DNA of 64,000 nucleotides. It comes from Sedimentisphaerales bacterium. GTDB taxonomy: Bacteria; Planctomycetota; Phycisphaerae; Sedimentisphaerales; SM23-30. Made by a program: the position numbers and the translations under genes. Below are positions 17,223 to 29,382 of the stretch, in pieces. The number at the start of each line of letters is the position of its first letter. Position 1 is the first letter of the stretch. The notes under the pieces were generated by a model. It had not been told where the DNA came from. It saw nothing but the letters and a program-made list of their open reading frames with translations, and ran no database searches. The stretch is from positions 224,001 to 288,000 of the forward strand of contig CAXXFK010000033.1 of NCBI GenBank assembly GCA_963663965.2, written 5' to 3'.

Positions 17223-18953
17223 ATGGATAACCGAGACATGAATGAGGAACTGAACAATCAAGCCAGATTGGCGAGAGGGAAACTCCTGATTTTAAAAGGG
17301 TCACAAAAGGAATTGACGGGGAACTTATTCGGGCATTTAAACGAAACCTATGAGTTGTTATTAAGCAGCGAACCCAGGGATATGCTCAATGAGGGGCGAC
17401 TGGGGGATTGCGAATGGGCGTTGATCGATCCGGCGCTGCTGACCAATTTTGATGAGCGTACCACCGGCCGTCAGGCGATCGAAATTCTGAATCATATTGG
17501 TGAAGGTGTTTGCATCGTGAATGGCGATGGCATGACCCTGTGGGCGAATCACAAGATGGAGGAATTCGGGGCATCCATCAAGGAAAGCGTATCGAAGAAG
17601 AGTCGTGAGGCCTGTGAGTATTTCATCAGAACCAGGGCCGGTCAGGAAAGTGGCGGCGATAATCTGCGGTCGAGAAAGTATTCTTTTACTGAAGAGGATA
17701 CACACCGTTATTTTGAAATGTGTGTCTCGCCGATCCATGACGCGAATAGCAGGATTGCCCGGGTTGCCACGATCATCTGGGAGGCGACTGCCAGTCAGCG
17801 TTTGCAGAAACGGATCAACGCCATCGACAAAGCCGGCAGCGAACTGGTGCGAATCGAGGCTGAAACGATCCGCCATCTGAACGTTGAACAGCGAATCAGC
17901 CTGCTGCAGGACAAAATTGTCCGTTACGCGCGCGAACTGCTGCATTTCGACAAGTTTTCGATCCGGTTGCTAAACAGGTCCAATAATCAGCTGGAATTAT
18001 TATTTGGTGTGGGAGTGCATCCGGGTGATTTGGAGATATTTGCCAATATCGAAAACAATGGTATTATCGGATACGTGGCGGCTTCGGGACGCAGTTATAT
18101 CTGCAACAATCCCCTGTGTGATCCGCATTTCATGCCCGGGCTGGACAGCGGCGCCTGTTCATTGACGGTTCCATTAAGGCTGCATGACAAGGTGATTGGC
18201 TCCTTGAATGTCCAGAGCGAAAAATCCAACGCGTTCAGCGAAGAGGATCGTCAGGTTGCCGAGATATTCGCTCGTTATATCGCGATTGCCATGAATATTC
18301 TGGAGTTGATGGTGGTTGAGCGGCATCAAATAGCCGGTCAGGCGGCCGAGGATATTAATCGCGCGTTGAGCGGCCCGCTGGGCACCATTTTAACTGAAGT
18401 CACATTTATTCAGGAAGAATATATCGGCCATGATGATATCCGGCGCAGACTGCAGATTGTCATAGACAGCGCGGATCAGATCAAAAAAGCGATCAGGGAA
18501 CTTAAAAACGCCCCCAAAGGGATCGTTGACTTGCGGGGTTCCGAGCCGGTCCAGGCTGATCCGAGATTCAGTGGGAAACGGATTCTGGTGGTGGATGATG
18601 AGGAATTTATCCGGCAGACGATAGTGGATGTGGTTCGGGAAAAGGGGTGCGAAGCGGATTATGCCTGTGATGGGAAACAGGCGATCGAGAAATTGAAAGC
18701 GGGCCGTTATGATCTGGTGATTTCGGATATTAAAATGCCTTACGCGACCGGTTATGATGTGTTTGCCGCCGCCCGGCAAATCGATTCTTCAATGGGGGTT
18801 ATTCTGATGACCGGTTTTGGATATGATCCGAATCATTCCATTGTCAGGGCGAACCGGGAAGGATTAAATGCCGTCTTGTACAAGCCGTTTAAAGTGGATC
18901 AACTGCTGAAGGATGTGATAGACGCGCTCGAATCCAGGAATCTAACTAACTAA
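17223..18953 (+). CDS. PAS-GAF-receiver signalling protein lacking a kinase ATPase domain
   Basis: PAS-like (EGVCIVNGDG..WAN), GAF (GIIGYVAASG..VPLRLHDKVIGSLNV..FSEED), C-terminal REC (ILVVDDE, VISDIKMP, ILMTG, YKPF). Confidence 0.85.
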   Translation: MDNRDMNEELNNQARLARGKLLILKGSQKELTGNLFGHLNETYELLLSSEPRDMLNEGRLGDCEWALIDPALLTNFDERTTGRQAIEILNHIGEGVCIVNGDGMTLWANHKMEEFGASIKESVSKKSREACEYFIRTRAGQESGGDNLRSRKYSFTEEDTHRYFEMCVSPIHDANSRIARVATIIWEATASQRLQKRINAIDKAGSELVRIEAETIRHLNVEQRISLLQDKIVRYARELLHFDKFSIRLLNRSNNQLELLFGVGVHPGDLEIFANIENNGIIGYVAASGRSYICNNPLCDPHFMPGLDSGACSLTVPLRLHDKVIGSLNVQSEKSNAFSEEDRQVAEIFARYIAIAMNILELMVVERHQIAGQAAEDINRALSGPLGTILTEVTFIQEEYIGHDDIRRRLQIVIDSADQIKKAIRELKNAPKGIVDLRGSEPVQADPRFSGKRILVVDDEEFIRQTIVDVVREKGCEADYACDGKQAIEKLKAGRYDLVISDIKMPYATGYDVFAAARQIDSSMGVILMTGFGYDPNHSIVRANREGLNAVLYKPFKVDQLLKDVIDALESRNLTN

Positions 18954-19112
18954 AATTCAATTGCTTAAGTTTAGTTGGTCCTTACTGGAATTGATCAGTA
19001 TTTGTGTAAATATTCTGTTAAAGCTATTGAAGATTAAAGATATTTACACTAATATCAGAAATAGAGTGTTATAGAGGGACAAGAGAAATCCTATAATCCG
19101 TCAAGAGGAAGT

Positions 19113-19592
19113 ATGTACCAGTACTTTTCAGATACAGCCAAAGAAGTTTTAAAGATAGCCAGTAAGATCGCAAAAGTCGATTCCAGGGAATACATTGGCA
19201 CAGAAGATGTTTTGCTGGCCATTCTGGAGCATGGAGTCGGGTTGGGAGCGCAGATTCTGCAGAAATACTCCATATCCCTTTATGCGGTTCAGGATCAGAT
19301 CCACCTGTTGAGGCGGGGCGCTAATGAAGAGACCTGGATAATGGGGCGGTTGCCGGGCACGCCCAATTTCAAGCAAGTGATAGCCAGAGCCATGGAAGAA
19401 GCAGAAGTGATGCGTGATACCCGGGTAGGGACTGAATATCTATTATTGGGAATTTTGCGAGAAAAAGGCTGTATGGCGGAACGGGTATTAGGCACTTTGG
19501 GCATAAAGTTGTCGCAAGCAAGACAGGAACTGGCGGCGATGAGAGGTCGGCCCATGCCATTGCCAAAAATGTTTGAACGTCTCTGCTATTAA
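19113..19592 (+). CDS. Stand-alone Clp N-terminal (Clp repeat) domain protein
   Basis: MYQYFSDTAKEVL, two repeats IGTEDVLLAIL and VGTEYLLLGIL; no AAA+ module. Confidence 0.88.
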   Translation: MYQYFSDTAKEVLKIASKIAKVDSREYIGTEDVLLAILEHGVGLGAQILQKYSISLYAVQDQIHLLRRGANEETWIMGRLPGTPNFKQVIARAMEEAEVMRDTRVGTEYLLLGILREKGCMAERVLGTLGIKLSQARQELAAMRGRPMPLPKMFERLCY

Positions 19593-20023
19593 TCGTAAAA
19601 AGGCTGATATTGGGCGGCCCAATGGCGATATGAAATATAAAATAGGGTGTATTTATATAACATTTTCTGGTTTTTTGGCGGGATTTCGATTATACTTTAA
19701 TTGACATGCAAAGATAAAAGCTGCCTGATACATAAGGTGGATCCATGTACCGGCTTTATGAAGAGTTAACAAAATATCAGGCCGCTTCATGCCCAGTTTA
19801 AGTCACTCCTATTTTTTCTGCATAAACACTGGAAAAATCAGTTTGCTTTTGTTAGATTAACATACCTGTTTTCAGATCAGGATGTAAATAAAAACCGAGC
19901 AGGCTCAGGCCGATTAGAAATTATAGCAGACAGAGCCATCAGCCGCAGCCGTCAGATACGAGGTCTTGATCTGAGATCCAATCAAAATCAATTAACAGCT
20001 AACTTAGTACAGGAAGCGATATT

Positions 20024-22552
20024 ATGGCCAAATCCGCCAGAATAGCCTGGGGTATAGATGTAGGAAACTGTGCATTAAAAGCCGTCAAACTGGGCGTCGC
20101 CGGCGATCGGGTGGAAGTGCTTGATTTTGCGGTAATTGAACACGAGAAGATCTTGTCGCAGCCGGAAGTGACCCTGGACCAGAAACGGGAGATGATCACC
20201 AAGGCGCTGACGAATTTCCTGGATAATCATAACACCGCCGGCGCTTCTGTGGTGGTTTCAGTTCCGGGTCAGAGCAGCTTTGCCCGCTTTGTCAAATTAC
20301 CGCCGATCAGCGACCAGAAACGAATTGCTGAAATCGTTCGTTATGAAGCCGAGCAACAGATCCCGTTTCCTATCAATGATGTCGAATGGGACTGGCAGAG
20401 TTTTGAGGATCCCAATACCCCGGAACCTGAAGTCGGGATTTTCGCCATTAAGACCGATCTGGTCAAGGCGGCCCTGGTTCCCTTTTCTGAATTGCGATTG
20501 ATGATCAATACCGTGCAGATGTCGCCGATGGCGCTATACAACCTGTTGCGTTATAATCAATCATTTGTAGAAGGGACGCCATCGGGCGAGGCGATCATCT
20601 GTCTGAATATCGGGGCAGACAATACCGACCTGATCATTGCCGATGGAGTGCGGGTCTGGCAGCGCAGCATCCCGATAGGCGGCAATCATTTTACCGCGTC
20701 CGTTCAGAAGGCATTCAAGCTGGGATTTGCCAAGGCTGAGAATATCAAGCGAACCGCCAGCACGAGTAAATACGCGCGCCAGATATTTCAGGCGATGCGT
20801 CCGGTATTTGCCGATCTGGCGGCGGAGATCCAGCGTTCCCTTGGATTTTACAGCAGCGGCAATCGCGATACGCAATTTCATCACGTCCTGGCGATGGGCA
20901 ATGCCATCAAGCTGCCGGGGTTGATCAAGTTTTTGCAACAGAGCCTGTCGCTGCCGGTCAAGCGGCTGGACACCTTTGAAGGCGTGGATCTGGGTGAAGA
21001 GGTATCGGTCGCCGATTTTACCGGGCATATCCCCACCTTGCCGATTACCATGGGGCTTGCGTTGCAGGGTTTGGGGCTGGCAACGATTAAGAGCAACCTG
21101 TTGCCGCGCGAAGTTGTCAAGCGGACCGCCTGGCAGCGGAAACGGGTCTGGTTTATTGCTTCGAGCGCGGTAATCATGTTCAGCGCGCTGCTGTGTTTCT
21201 TTCAGGCGTATGCTCAGAAAGGGAATATCAACGAAGCCAAAACCGTTCTGGCCCGCGCCAATACCAATAAAGGCAAGGTGGAGTCGGTAATCAATGAGCT
21301 CAATTCGGTCAAAACCGAATTGGAAACGACCAAACAGGAGCGCAGCAAATATACGCAGATTTATAAGGATCCGGATCGTTTTTTAAGCATGGAGATCTTA
21401 CAGGCCATTTATGCCTGTTTGCCCAATGAAACGCATAATCCCAGCTTCAGTTCATTTTATCAGGCCTTTAAAGAAGGCCGGATGGCGGAGGTTATGAAAG
21501 TTGACCGTAAGCAGCGGCCTCAGGTATTTTTAACCAGCGTCAAAGTGGTTTATACCGAGGATTTGTCACTGGATTTCAGCCAGGTTATCCAAACCGGCAC
21601 AGGCCCAGGCGCGGGATTGGGGATGGGGAATACCATGGGAGCCGCTCCGGCAAATCCCGGCATGGGTATGGGTATGGGTATGGGGATGGGCATGGGGATG
21701 GAACCGGGTATGGGGGATCCCGGGATGGGCATGGGGATGGGGGATCCCGGGATGGGCATGGGGATGGGCATGGGTATGGGGACCGGCGTGGCGACGGCTG
21801 CCCCGGAGGCCAAGAATCCGGGATTTGTTATTATTATTGAAGGTTATACCCCCAATGGCGATGGTTTGAAATTTCTGGCTCCACCAGAAGTCAAACTGGA
21901 TCGTCGCCGCTGGGGATTCTTTGATCGACTGCGCCATTTGGGTAAAACGGACAAGAGCCTGAATGAAGCAGGAGCCCAGCAGGTAACGGACGCAGGGTAT
22001 CAAAAACAGCAAAATGACTGGGCGGAAAGCCTGACGTTTGAGGCTTATTCGGGAGATGATCCGCTTTCCAAACGCTATTTTAACCAATCGGAAAACGGTT
22101 ATATCAGTGGCGCCATTGAGAATCCGCTGCAACCCAATCCCTATGGTCTGGGAATTCTGAAAGCCGTCTCTTCAAAAGCCGGTAATAACGCCATGATGGG
22201 TAATATGGGGATGGAGATGGGGATGGGAATGGATCCATCAGGCATGGGCATGGGCGGAGGTATGGATATGGTGGGTGGCGGCATGGGCGCGGGGAACACC
22301 GGGCAGCGACCGGAATTTCTGGATCGATATACGATGGAAACCATTAGTGATGTGGTTCGTCGAGACGCCAATGGCGCGGCCGTGCCGGATAGCACCGGGA
22401 AACCCATTGTTGATCATAACGACAGCTGGTTCCGGGTCAAATTCAAACTTATCCGTAAAAAGGACAAGACCGCGACCCCGGAGTCGCCTGCAAATGACGG
22501 CATGAATCCCGGCGGAGCAGGAATGGGAATGGGCCGTGAGCCCATGCTTTAA
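20024..22552 (+). CDS. pilM: Type IV pilus assembly protein PilM with TM helix and long PilN-like Gly/Met-rich extension
   Basis: WGIDVGNCALKAVKL, VRYEAEQQIPF, IPIGGNHFT, EIQRSLGFY, then NLLP motif and TM helix. Confidence 0.9.
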   Translation: MAKSARIAWGIDVGNCALKAVKLGVAGDRVEVLDFAVIEHEKILSQPEVTLDQKREMITKALTNFLDNHNTAGASVVVSVPGQSSFARFVKLPPISDQKRIAEIVRYEAEQQIPFPINDVEWDWQSFEDPNTPEPEVGIFAIKTDLVKAALVPFSELRLMINTVQMSPMALYNLLRYNQSFVEGTPSGEAIICLNIGADNTDLIIADGVRVWQRSIPIGGNHFTASVQKAFKLGFAKAENIKRTASTSKYARQIFQAMRPVFADLAAEIQRSLGFYSSGNRDTQFHHVLAMGNAIKLPGLIKFLQQSLSLPVKRLDTFEGVDLGEEVSVADFTGHIPTLPITMGLALQGLGLATIKSNLLPREVVKRTAWQRKRVWFIASSAVIMFSALLCFFQAYAQKGNINEAKTVLARANTNKGKVESVINELNSVKTELETTKQERSKYTQIYKDPDRFLSMEILQAIYACLPNETHNPSFSSFYQAFKEGRMAEVMKVDRKQRPQVFLTSVKVVYTEDLSLDFSQVIQTGTGPGAGLGMGNTMGAAPANPGMGMGMGMGMGMGMEPGMGDPGMGMGMGDPGMGMGMGMGMGTGVATAAPEAKNPGFVIIIEGYTPNGDGLKFLAPPEVKLDRRRWGFFDRLRHLGKTDKSLNEAGAQQVTDAGYQKQQNDWAESLTFEAYSGDDPLSKRYFNQSENGYISGAIENPLQPNPYGLGILKAVSSKAGNNAMMGNMGMEMGMGMDPSGMGMGGGMDMVGGGMGAGNTGQRPEFLDRYTMETISDVVRRDANGAAVPDSTGKPIVDHNDSWFRVKFKLIRKKDKTATPESPANDGMNPGGAGMGMGREPML
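21613..21783 (+). repeat. Coding ATGGGN hexamer repeats (Met-Gly)n including a duplicated GGGGATCCCGGGATGGGCATGGGGATGG unit
   Basis: Read directly; similar tracts recur through 22193-25950. Confidence 0.85.
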
Positions 22553-22670
22553 GTTTAAGATGGGCATGAACCGGAGGCCTGTGATGATGAACAGGCGGCA
22601 ATCCGTGCGACAAGCAGCGATCAATTTGTTGCAGTGATAGTTTGAGATACTGACTACTTAGAGGTAAGTT

Positions 22671-24116
<1,446 letters not shown>

Positions 24117-24202
24117 TAGATATGGCGAGCTAACGTATTAAACATATTGACCGGACCGTATCGTTTTCACTCGGTTCGACAATTTCTAGAAGGATTAAAT
24201 TT

Positions 24203-25954
24203 ATGGCAAAGAAACAGACCATGAACCTGTTCGAGGCCCATGTCGAAAAGCTGGTCGCCCTGATTGCCCTGGTTGTGCTGGCGTGGGTCGTCGTATTTAA
24301 ACTAATGGATCCTCCGGCTGTGGAGTTGCGAGGCGAGAGAATTCCCGCGACCGAAGCGGCCGATCAGGCATTGAGAAAGTCAGAGGAGTTGACCCGAACG
24401 TTAACCAATCAATCGCGGGAAGGCTCGCCACCGGCGGAAATCGCGCAGGCGCCGGGTATGTTCGAACCGGGGGACACCCATTTTAAATTGAACAAAGATC
24501 TGTATAATCAAAACGTCATCGTCAAGCAGCAAACCGACAAGCGTGAATATCTTCTTCCGCCGGTACCGGATCTGCGTGAGGTGAAAATCGATTTTACCCG
24601 AGGCCAGGCTCAGGCGTCCAATCGTACTGCCGGCGGGGGCGATATGGGATTAGGCATGGGCATGGGCATGGAGATGGGGGGGATGGGGACGCCACCCGCC
24701 CTGACAGCCAATCTGATCGATGTTGATTTTGTTACGGTGGAAGCGAAATTCAGTATGACCGATTTTTATAATGCGTTTGAAGCCAGCTTAAAAGGGCCGG
24801 ATATCGCCAAGCCGCTGTCAGAATATCCTGCTCAACCGGTGGTTGCGACCGTATTGCTGGAACGTCGCGAATTGCTGGCCGACGGGCAATGGGGGGATCC
24901 GGTATCGGTCCCGTTTTTGTCGACTAATCAAGCATTAAACCTCGGCGCGCTATCCATTGGGGATATCGAGCAAATGACCCCGGCGGTGTATGAGGCGTCA
25001 TTCGTACGGCGCGCTCAAGCCTATCAAGAGCAGATCAATTATCTCCAGCCGATTCCCTATAATATGTATGGAGAGACCTGGAAACCCCCATCAGAAAAAG
25101 CAGCAGAGTCGACTGCCAATACCCGAACCGCCGGGCCGGGTATGGTTGGAGGGATGGATGGAATGGGGATGGATCCCATGGGTATGGGTATGGGTATGGG
25201 TATGGGAGTAGGAGGTATGAGTGGCAATCTGAATACCAATGATCTGAAAGTATGGGCTCATGACAATACCGTCACGCCGGGAGCCATTTACGATTACCGG
25301 ATATCACTGGGTTTTTTCAATCCCATATACGGCAAAGAGTGGGCGGGTCCCGGTCAGGAAAAACTGAAGAATGAAAAGATTCTCTGGTCCAAGCGCGGCG
25401 TGCCTGAAAATGCCGTTCAGATTCCACCGCGTACGGTATTCTTTCCCAAGTCGGCCAGTGCCGGCAATCCCACCGAAAAAGTGGCCAGTGTGACCGTCTA
25501 TCATTATCAGGATGGCAAGTGGTATGATCGTTCGTACCGGATCCTGCCGGGTTCTGTGATCGGTTCGGTGGAAGAAGTACGCCCCAAAACCAGGCCGCAG
25601 CCCGCGCCCAGACCCGGTCAACCTCGAACCCCCGCTGCAGAGGAACCGGCAGTATCCGTCGATTTCCGGACGGGAATCACCGTGGTAGATATCTTACCAA
25701 ACAGTAAACGCTGGCTGCCGGGGCCATCCCTGACCGAGCAGATGGCCACGGATATCCTTTTCCGGTATCCGGATGGCTCGGTGCATCGTCTGGGGACAGA
25801 AAAGAATACCTGGCCGGAAAACCTGTCGAATGCCTATACCATGATTCAGAAAGAGTTACGCAAGCAACGTGATCGTGAGAGCCGTTCGCCCAATCAGCGG
25901 TCTGGCAATATGGGAATGGGAATGGATCCCACAGGCATGGGCATGGGTGGATAG
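24203..25954 (+). CDS. Membrane-anchored Gly/Met-rich protein of the pilM operon
   Basis: FEAHVEKLV + TM helix, HDNTVTPGAIYDYRI..FNP motif, GM tracts. Confidence 0.75.
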   Translation: MAKKQTMNLFEAHVEKLVALIALVVLAWVVVFKLMDPPAVELRGERIPATEAADQALRKSEELTRTLTNQSREGSPPAEIAQAPGMFEPGDTHFKLNKDLYNQNVIVKQQTDKREYLLPPVPDLREVKIDFTRGQAQASNRTAGGGDMGLGMGMGMEMGGMGTPPALTANLIDVDFVTVEAKFSMTDFYNAFEASLKGPDIAKPLSEYPAQPVVATVLLERRELLADGQWGDPVSVPFLSTNQALNLGALSIGDIEQMTPAVYEASFVRRAQAYQEQINYLQPIPYNMYGETWKPPSEKAAESTANTRTAGPGMVGGMDGMGMDPMGMGMGMGMGVGGMSGNLNTNDLKVWAHDNTVTPGAIYDYRISLGFFNPIYGKEWAGPGQEKLKNEKILWSKRGVPENAVQIPPRTVFFPKSASAGNPTEKVASVTVYHYQDGKWYDRSYRILPGSVIGSVEEVRPKTRPQPAPRPGQPRTPAAEEPAVSVDFRTGITVVDILPNSKRWLPGPSLTEQMATDILFRYPDGSVHRLGTEKNTWPENLSNAYTMIQKELRKQRDRESRSPNQRSGNMGMGMDPTGMGMGG

Positions 25955-25984
25955 GTAACGCGCATTCATTCGGACAAAAGTTAT

Positions 25985-26019
25985 AACCGGAGATCGACGA
26001 TGTGATCTTCGGTTTTTTT
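25985..26019 (+). terminator. Intrinsic terminator of the pilM operon
   Basis: AACCGGAGATC / GATCTTCGGTT stem then T-run. Confidence 0.8.
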
Positions 26020-26073
26020 ATATCCGGCAGGTGTAAGACCGAGATATTTCATTTTTGGGGGTACTATCGGAAT

Positions 26074-26961
26074 ATGGATGTTGATACATTTTTAGCAATG
26101 ATGTATCCATTTTTGAGTGGTATGGCGTTTTTAGGCGGAACCGTTTTTCTTATGATTGCCGTTGGTATCTATCGCCTGCGATTCAAATGGACCAAGGTGA
26201 TGGGGATTTTATGGGGTTTACTGGCGTTGATGGTGATTGTGGTCTCTGCCGAACCGCTATTGTTCCGGGTATACAGTATCTGGGGAATCGCCTTGGCAGG
26301 AGTTGTGATCGGCAGTATAACGAAAAAGAGACAATTGAGCAATTGGAGCCATGTTGTTTTTAACGTCATTACTTTGGTTATCTTGATGCAGGCGATTAAT
26401 AAACAGCAATTACCAGTTGTTTTTCAGGGGGACTATGATGAAATTTATCTTATTGGCGATTCGGTGAGCGCTGGAATTGGGGGGCGAGACGAGATTATCT
26501 GGCCGGCGATATTCGAACAGGAAACCGGTTGTCGGGTAATTAACGCGGCGGTGGCCGGAGCAACCGCTGAGAGTGCCCTGGAGCAGGTTGACCAGATTAA
26601 AGAAGGCGGAAAAAAGCTAGTGATCGTCGAAATTGGCGGGAACGATCTGTTAGGACAGGCGACGCCAAGCGACTATTACGATAATCTCGAGCGGTTAATA
26701 GAAGCGATCAGAAAGAAAACCGATGGGCCGGTGGTGATGCTGGAATTGCCTTTACTGCCCTTTAAAAATCAGTTTGGCATGGCACAGCGCCAAATCGCCA
26801 GAAAGTATTCAATCAATCTGGCGCCTCGACGTTATTTCGCCAAGGTACTGTGTACGCCGGGAGCCACCCGGGATGGTGCCCATTTAACCCCGGAGGGCCA
26901 TCAACTGATGGCCCAAATGATGCAACAGATTGTTTCGAAATACTTCAATCCGGCAGATTGA
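26074..26961 (+). CDS. SGNH/GDSL hydrolase (TesA-like) with N-terminal membrane domain
   Basis: Blocks IGDSVS, AVAGAT, IGGNDLL, DGAH; four hydrophobic N-terminal segments; ATG 26074 chosen since the upstream GTG lies inside a terminator. Confidence 0.88.
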   Translation: MDVDTFLAMMYPFLSGMAFLGGTVFLMIAVGIYRLRFKWTKVMGILWGLLALMVIVVSAEPLLFRVYSIWGIALAGVVIGSITKKRQLSNWSHVVFNVITLVILMQAINKQQLPVVFQGDYDEIYLIGDSVSAGIGGRDEIIWPAIFEQETGCRVINAAVAGATAESALEQVDQIKEGGKKLVIVEIGGNDLLGQATPSDYYDNLERLIEAIRKKTDGPVVMLELPLLPFKNQFGMAQRQIARKYSINLAPRRYFAKVLCTPGATRDGAHLTPEGHQLMAQMMQQIVSKYFNPAD

Positions 26962-26973
26962 TCCGAGCGGACT

Positions 26974-29109
26974 TTATCCGACATCGACCAGGACCAGGTT
27001 ATCGCCAAAGGCCTGTCGCAGGGCTTTTTTCAGTTCCTGATGTTCCGGTTGAGATAGTTGCGGATCCGTCTTAGCCAGGGCAAAGGCATCGCGCCGGGCC
27101 ATCTGTAAGAGATCGAAGTCATCGATCAGATTGGCGATTTTCAATTCGGGTAATCCATGCTGGCTGGTCCCGAAGAACTGGCCGGGGCCGCGCAGGCGCA
27201 GGTCTTCTTCGGCGATACGAAAACCATCATTGGTCTGGGTCATGATTTCGAGCCGGCGCTGAGCCTGTTCATTGAGCGGTGATCCAAACAGGAGGCAACA
27301 GGATTGCTGCCGGCCGCGTCCGATGCGCCCACGCAACTGGTGCAACTGGGCCAGGCCAAAGCGGTCGGCATGTTCGATGACCATGACTGTGGCGTTGGGC
27401 ACATCAACGCCCACTTCGATCACCACGGTGGCGACCAGAATATCAATTTTATGATTGCGGAAATCATCCATGACCTGATTTTTTTCGTCGGCGCTCATCT
27501 GGCCATGGACCAGACCGACGGTGAAATCGGAGAATATGCGTTCCTGCAGGCGTTTGTGTTCGGCCACGGCCGCTTTCAGCAGGCGGGTCTGGTCTTCCGG
27601 CGAAGAGGGAAATCCGTTTTCGTCCAGTAAATCCTGTTCGGTTTCCTGAATATCAACCCGGGGATAAACGAAATAAGCCTGCCGGCCCTGGCGGATCTGG
27701 TCGCGGATAAACTCATAGGCCGAAGGGAGCAGGTCGGGAGTGATCCAGCGGGTATCGATCGGTTTGCGGCCGGGGGGCAGGTTTTCGATGATGGAAACTT
27801 CGAGATCGCCAAAAACGGTCATGGCCAGCGTGCGGGGAATCGGGGTGGCGGTCATCACCAGGTAATGCGGGGCGATGTCCTTGGCGCGAATGGTTTCACG
27901 CTGGCGGACGCCGAATTTATGCTGTTCATCCACAACGACCAGCCCCAGTTCTTTGAAGACCACATCGCTTTGCAGCAAGGCCTGGGTGCCGATGACGATA
28001 TTGATGGTTCCGTCAGCAATCTCCGAAAGCATCAGGCGGCGTTGCGGGCCGGTGATACCGCCTTTGAGCAGGACGCGCCGAACCCGGGAGTGGTTCAGAT
28101 ACCGTTCGATGTTGAGATAGTGCTGTTCGGCCAGAATTTCGGTAGGGGCCATAATCGCGACTTGTTTCCGGTGGGCAACGGTCAGAAGCGCGGCGTAGAG
28201 CGCGACGGCCGTTTTGCCGGAGCCGACATCGCCTTGCAGCAGACGGTTCATGGGGCGGTTGCGGTTCATGTCCTGGCAGATTTCATCGACCACTTTATTT
28301 TGATCCGGGGTAAAATCGAAAGGAAACAGGCGCCGGATCCGCTGATCAATTTTTTCGGAGATCGCCATCGGATACGCATACTGACTGGTCAGGCTATGCT
28401 CTCGACGCAAGCCGATACCCAACTCCATCAGAAACAGCTCATCATAGGCCAGCGCCCGGCGGGCCTGTATGACCTGATCCTGATTTTCCGGATTATGGAT
28501 CCAGTGATAGGCTTCGTTTCGAGAGGGGAGCTTCCGCTGTTCCCGCCAGGATTGAGGATATCTTTCCGTGACGAGGGTTAACAGTTGATCCAGCGCGGTG
28601 TTGATGACCCGGTTGATTATATGGGATGGCAGTTCCGCGGTGGCGGGATAGACGGCGAGTCCTTTGCCTTCCTGTTCGATCAAGTCCTCGGGACCATTGA
28701 TTTTGGTCCATTTGGGATTGACGATTTGCAGGATGCTTTTATAGCGAACGATTTTACCCCAGGCGGCGATCTGATCGCCGGGGAAAATCTGGCCTTTCAT
28801 AAAGGCGGCATTGAACCAGATCAGCAGGCATTTGCCGGAATGATCTTCCAGAACGATTTCCAGACGAGGCGGGTTGGAACGCGGTTTGAATTGCATGGTA
28901 TCGACGATGCCGGCAACCGTGACGGTATGGTTCTGAAGCATATCATTGATGGCGACCAGCGGGGGGCGGAATTCATGGGTGCGCGGGAAGTAGTTTAATA
29001 GTTGTGAGGCCGTGGTAATGCCCAGCCGGGCAAAGATATCGGCCCGGCGCGGCCCTACGCCACGCAGGTATTGAACCGGGCTGTCAGATTGCAGGGTTCT
29101 ATCAGTCAT
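26974..29109 (-). CDS. recG: ATP-dependent DNA helicase RecG
   Basis: MNRLLQGDVGSGKT, DEQHKFG, MTATPIPRTL, QLHQLRGRIGRG, DLRLRGPG. Confidence 0.99.
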   Translation of the reverse strand: MTDRTLQSDSPVQYLRGVGPRRADIFARLGITTASQLLNYFPRTHEFRPPLVAINDMLQNHTVTVAGIVDTMQFKPRSNPPRLEIVLEDHSGKCLLIWFNAAFMKGQIFPGDQIAAWGKIVRYKSILQIVNPKWTKINGPEDLIEQEGKGLAVYPATAELPSHIINRVINTALDQLLTLVTERYPQSWREQRKLPSRNEAYHWIHNPENQDQVIQARRALAYDELFLMELGIGLRREHSLTSQYAYPMAISEKIDQRIRRLFPFDFTPDQNKVVDEICQDMNRNRPMNRLLQGDVGSGKTAVALYAALLTVAHRKQVAIMAPTEILAEQHYLNIERYLNHSRVRRVLLKGGITGPQRRLMLSEIADGTINIVIGTQALLQSDVVFKELGLVVVDEQHKFGVRQRETIRAKDIAPHYLVMTATPIPRTLAMTVFGDLEVSIIENLPPGRKPIDTRWITPDLLPSAYEFIRDQIRQGRQAYFVYPRVDIQETEQDLLDENGFPSSPEDQTRLLKAAVAEHKRLQERIFSDFTVGLVHGQMSADEKNQVMDDFRNHKIDILVATVVIEVGVDVPNATVMVIEHADRFGLAQLHQLRGRIGRGRQQSCCLLFGSPLNEQAQRRLEIMTQTNDGFRIAEEDLRLRGPGQFFGTSQHGLPELKIANLIDDFDLLQMARRDAFALAKTDPQLSQPEHQELKKALRQAFGDNLVLVDVG

Positions 29110-29382
29110 AATACAAAAATAATGTCCGACGCATCAGGATTCAAGCATTTAAACGATTTACCCTAAAAAGAAACGCGTCATCATATCACAGGCAAAAATA
29201 CCTTTTTTGGCTTTCCCACCCAAAAAATGGAACAAGAGCCAATCCGGTTATACCCATCGGGTAAGGAAATGTCCGATCGTTCGCAAGCTAAGATTTTGCT
29301 CGTAAAAGAGTTATTTCACGGCCCAGGTATATTATCCATCGTTAAGGGTATAAATGATGCGAATCGGCTGGCTATGGCCTGT

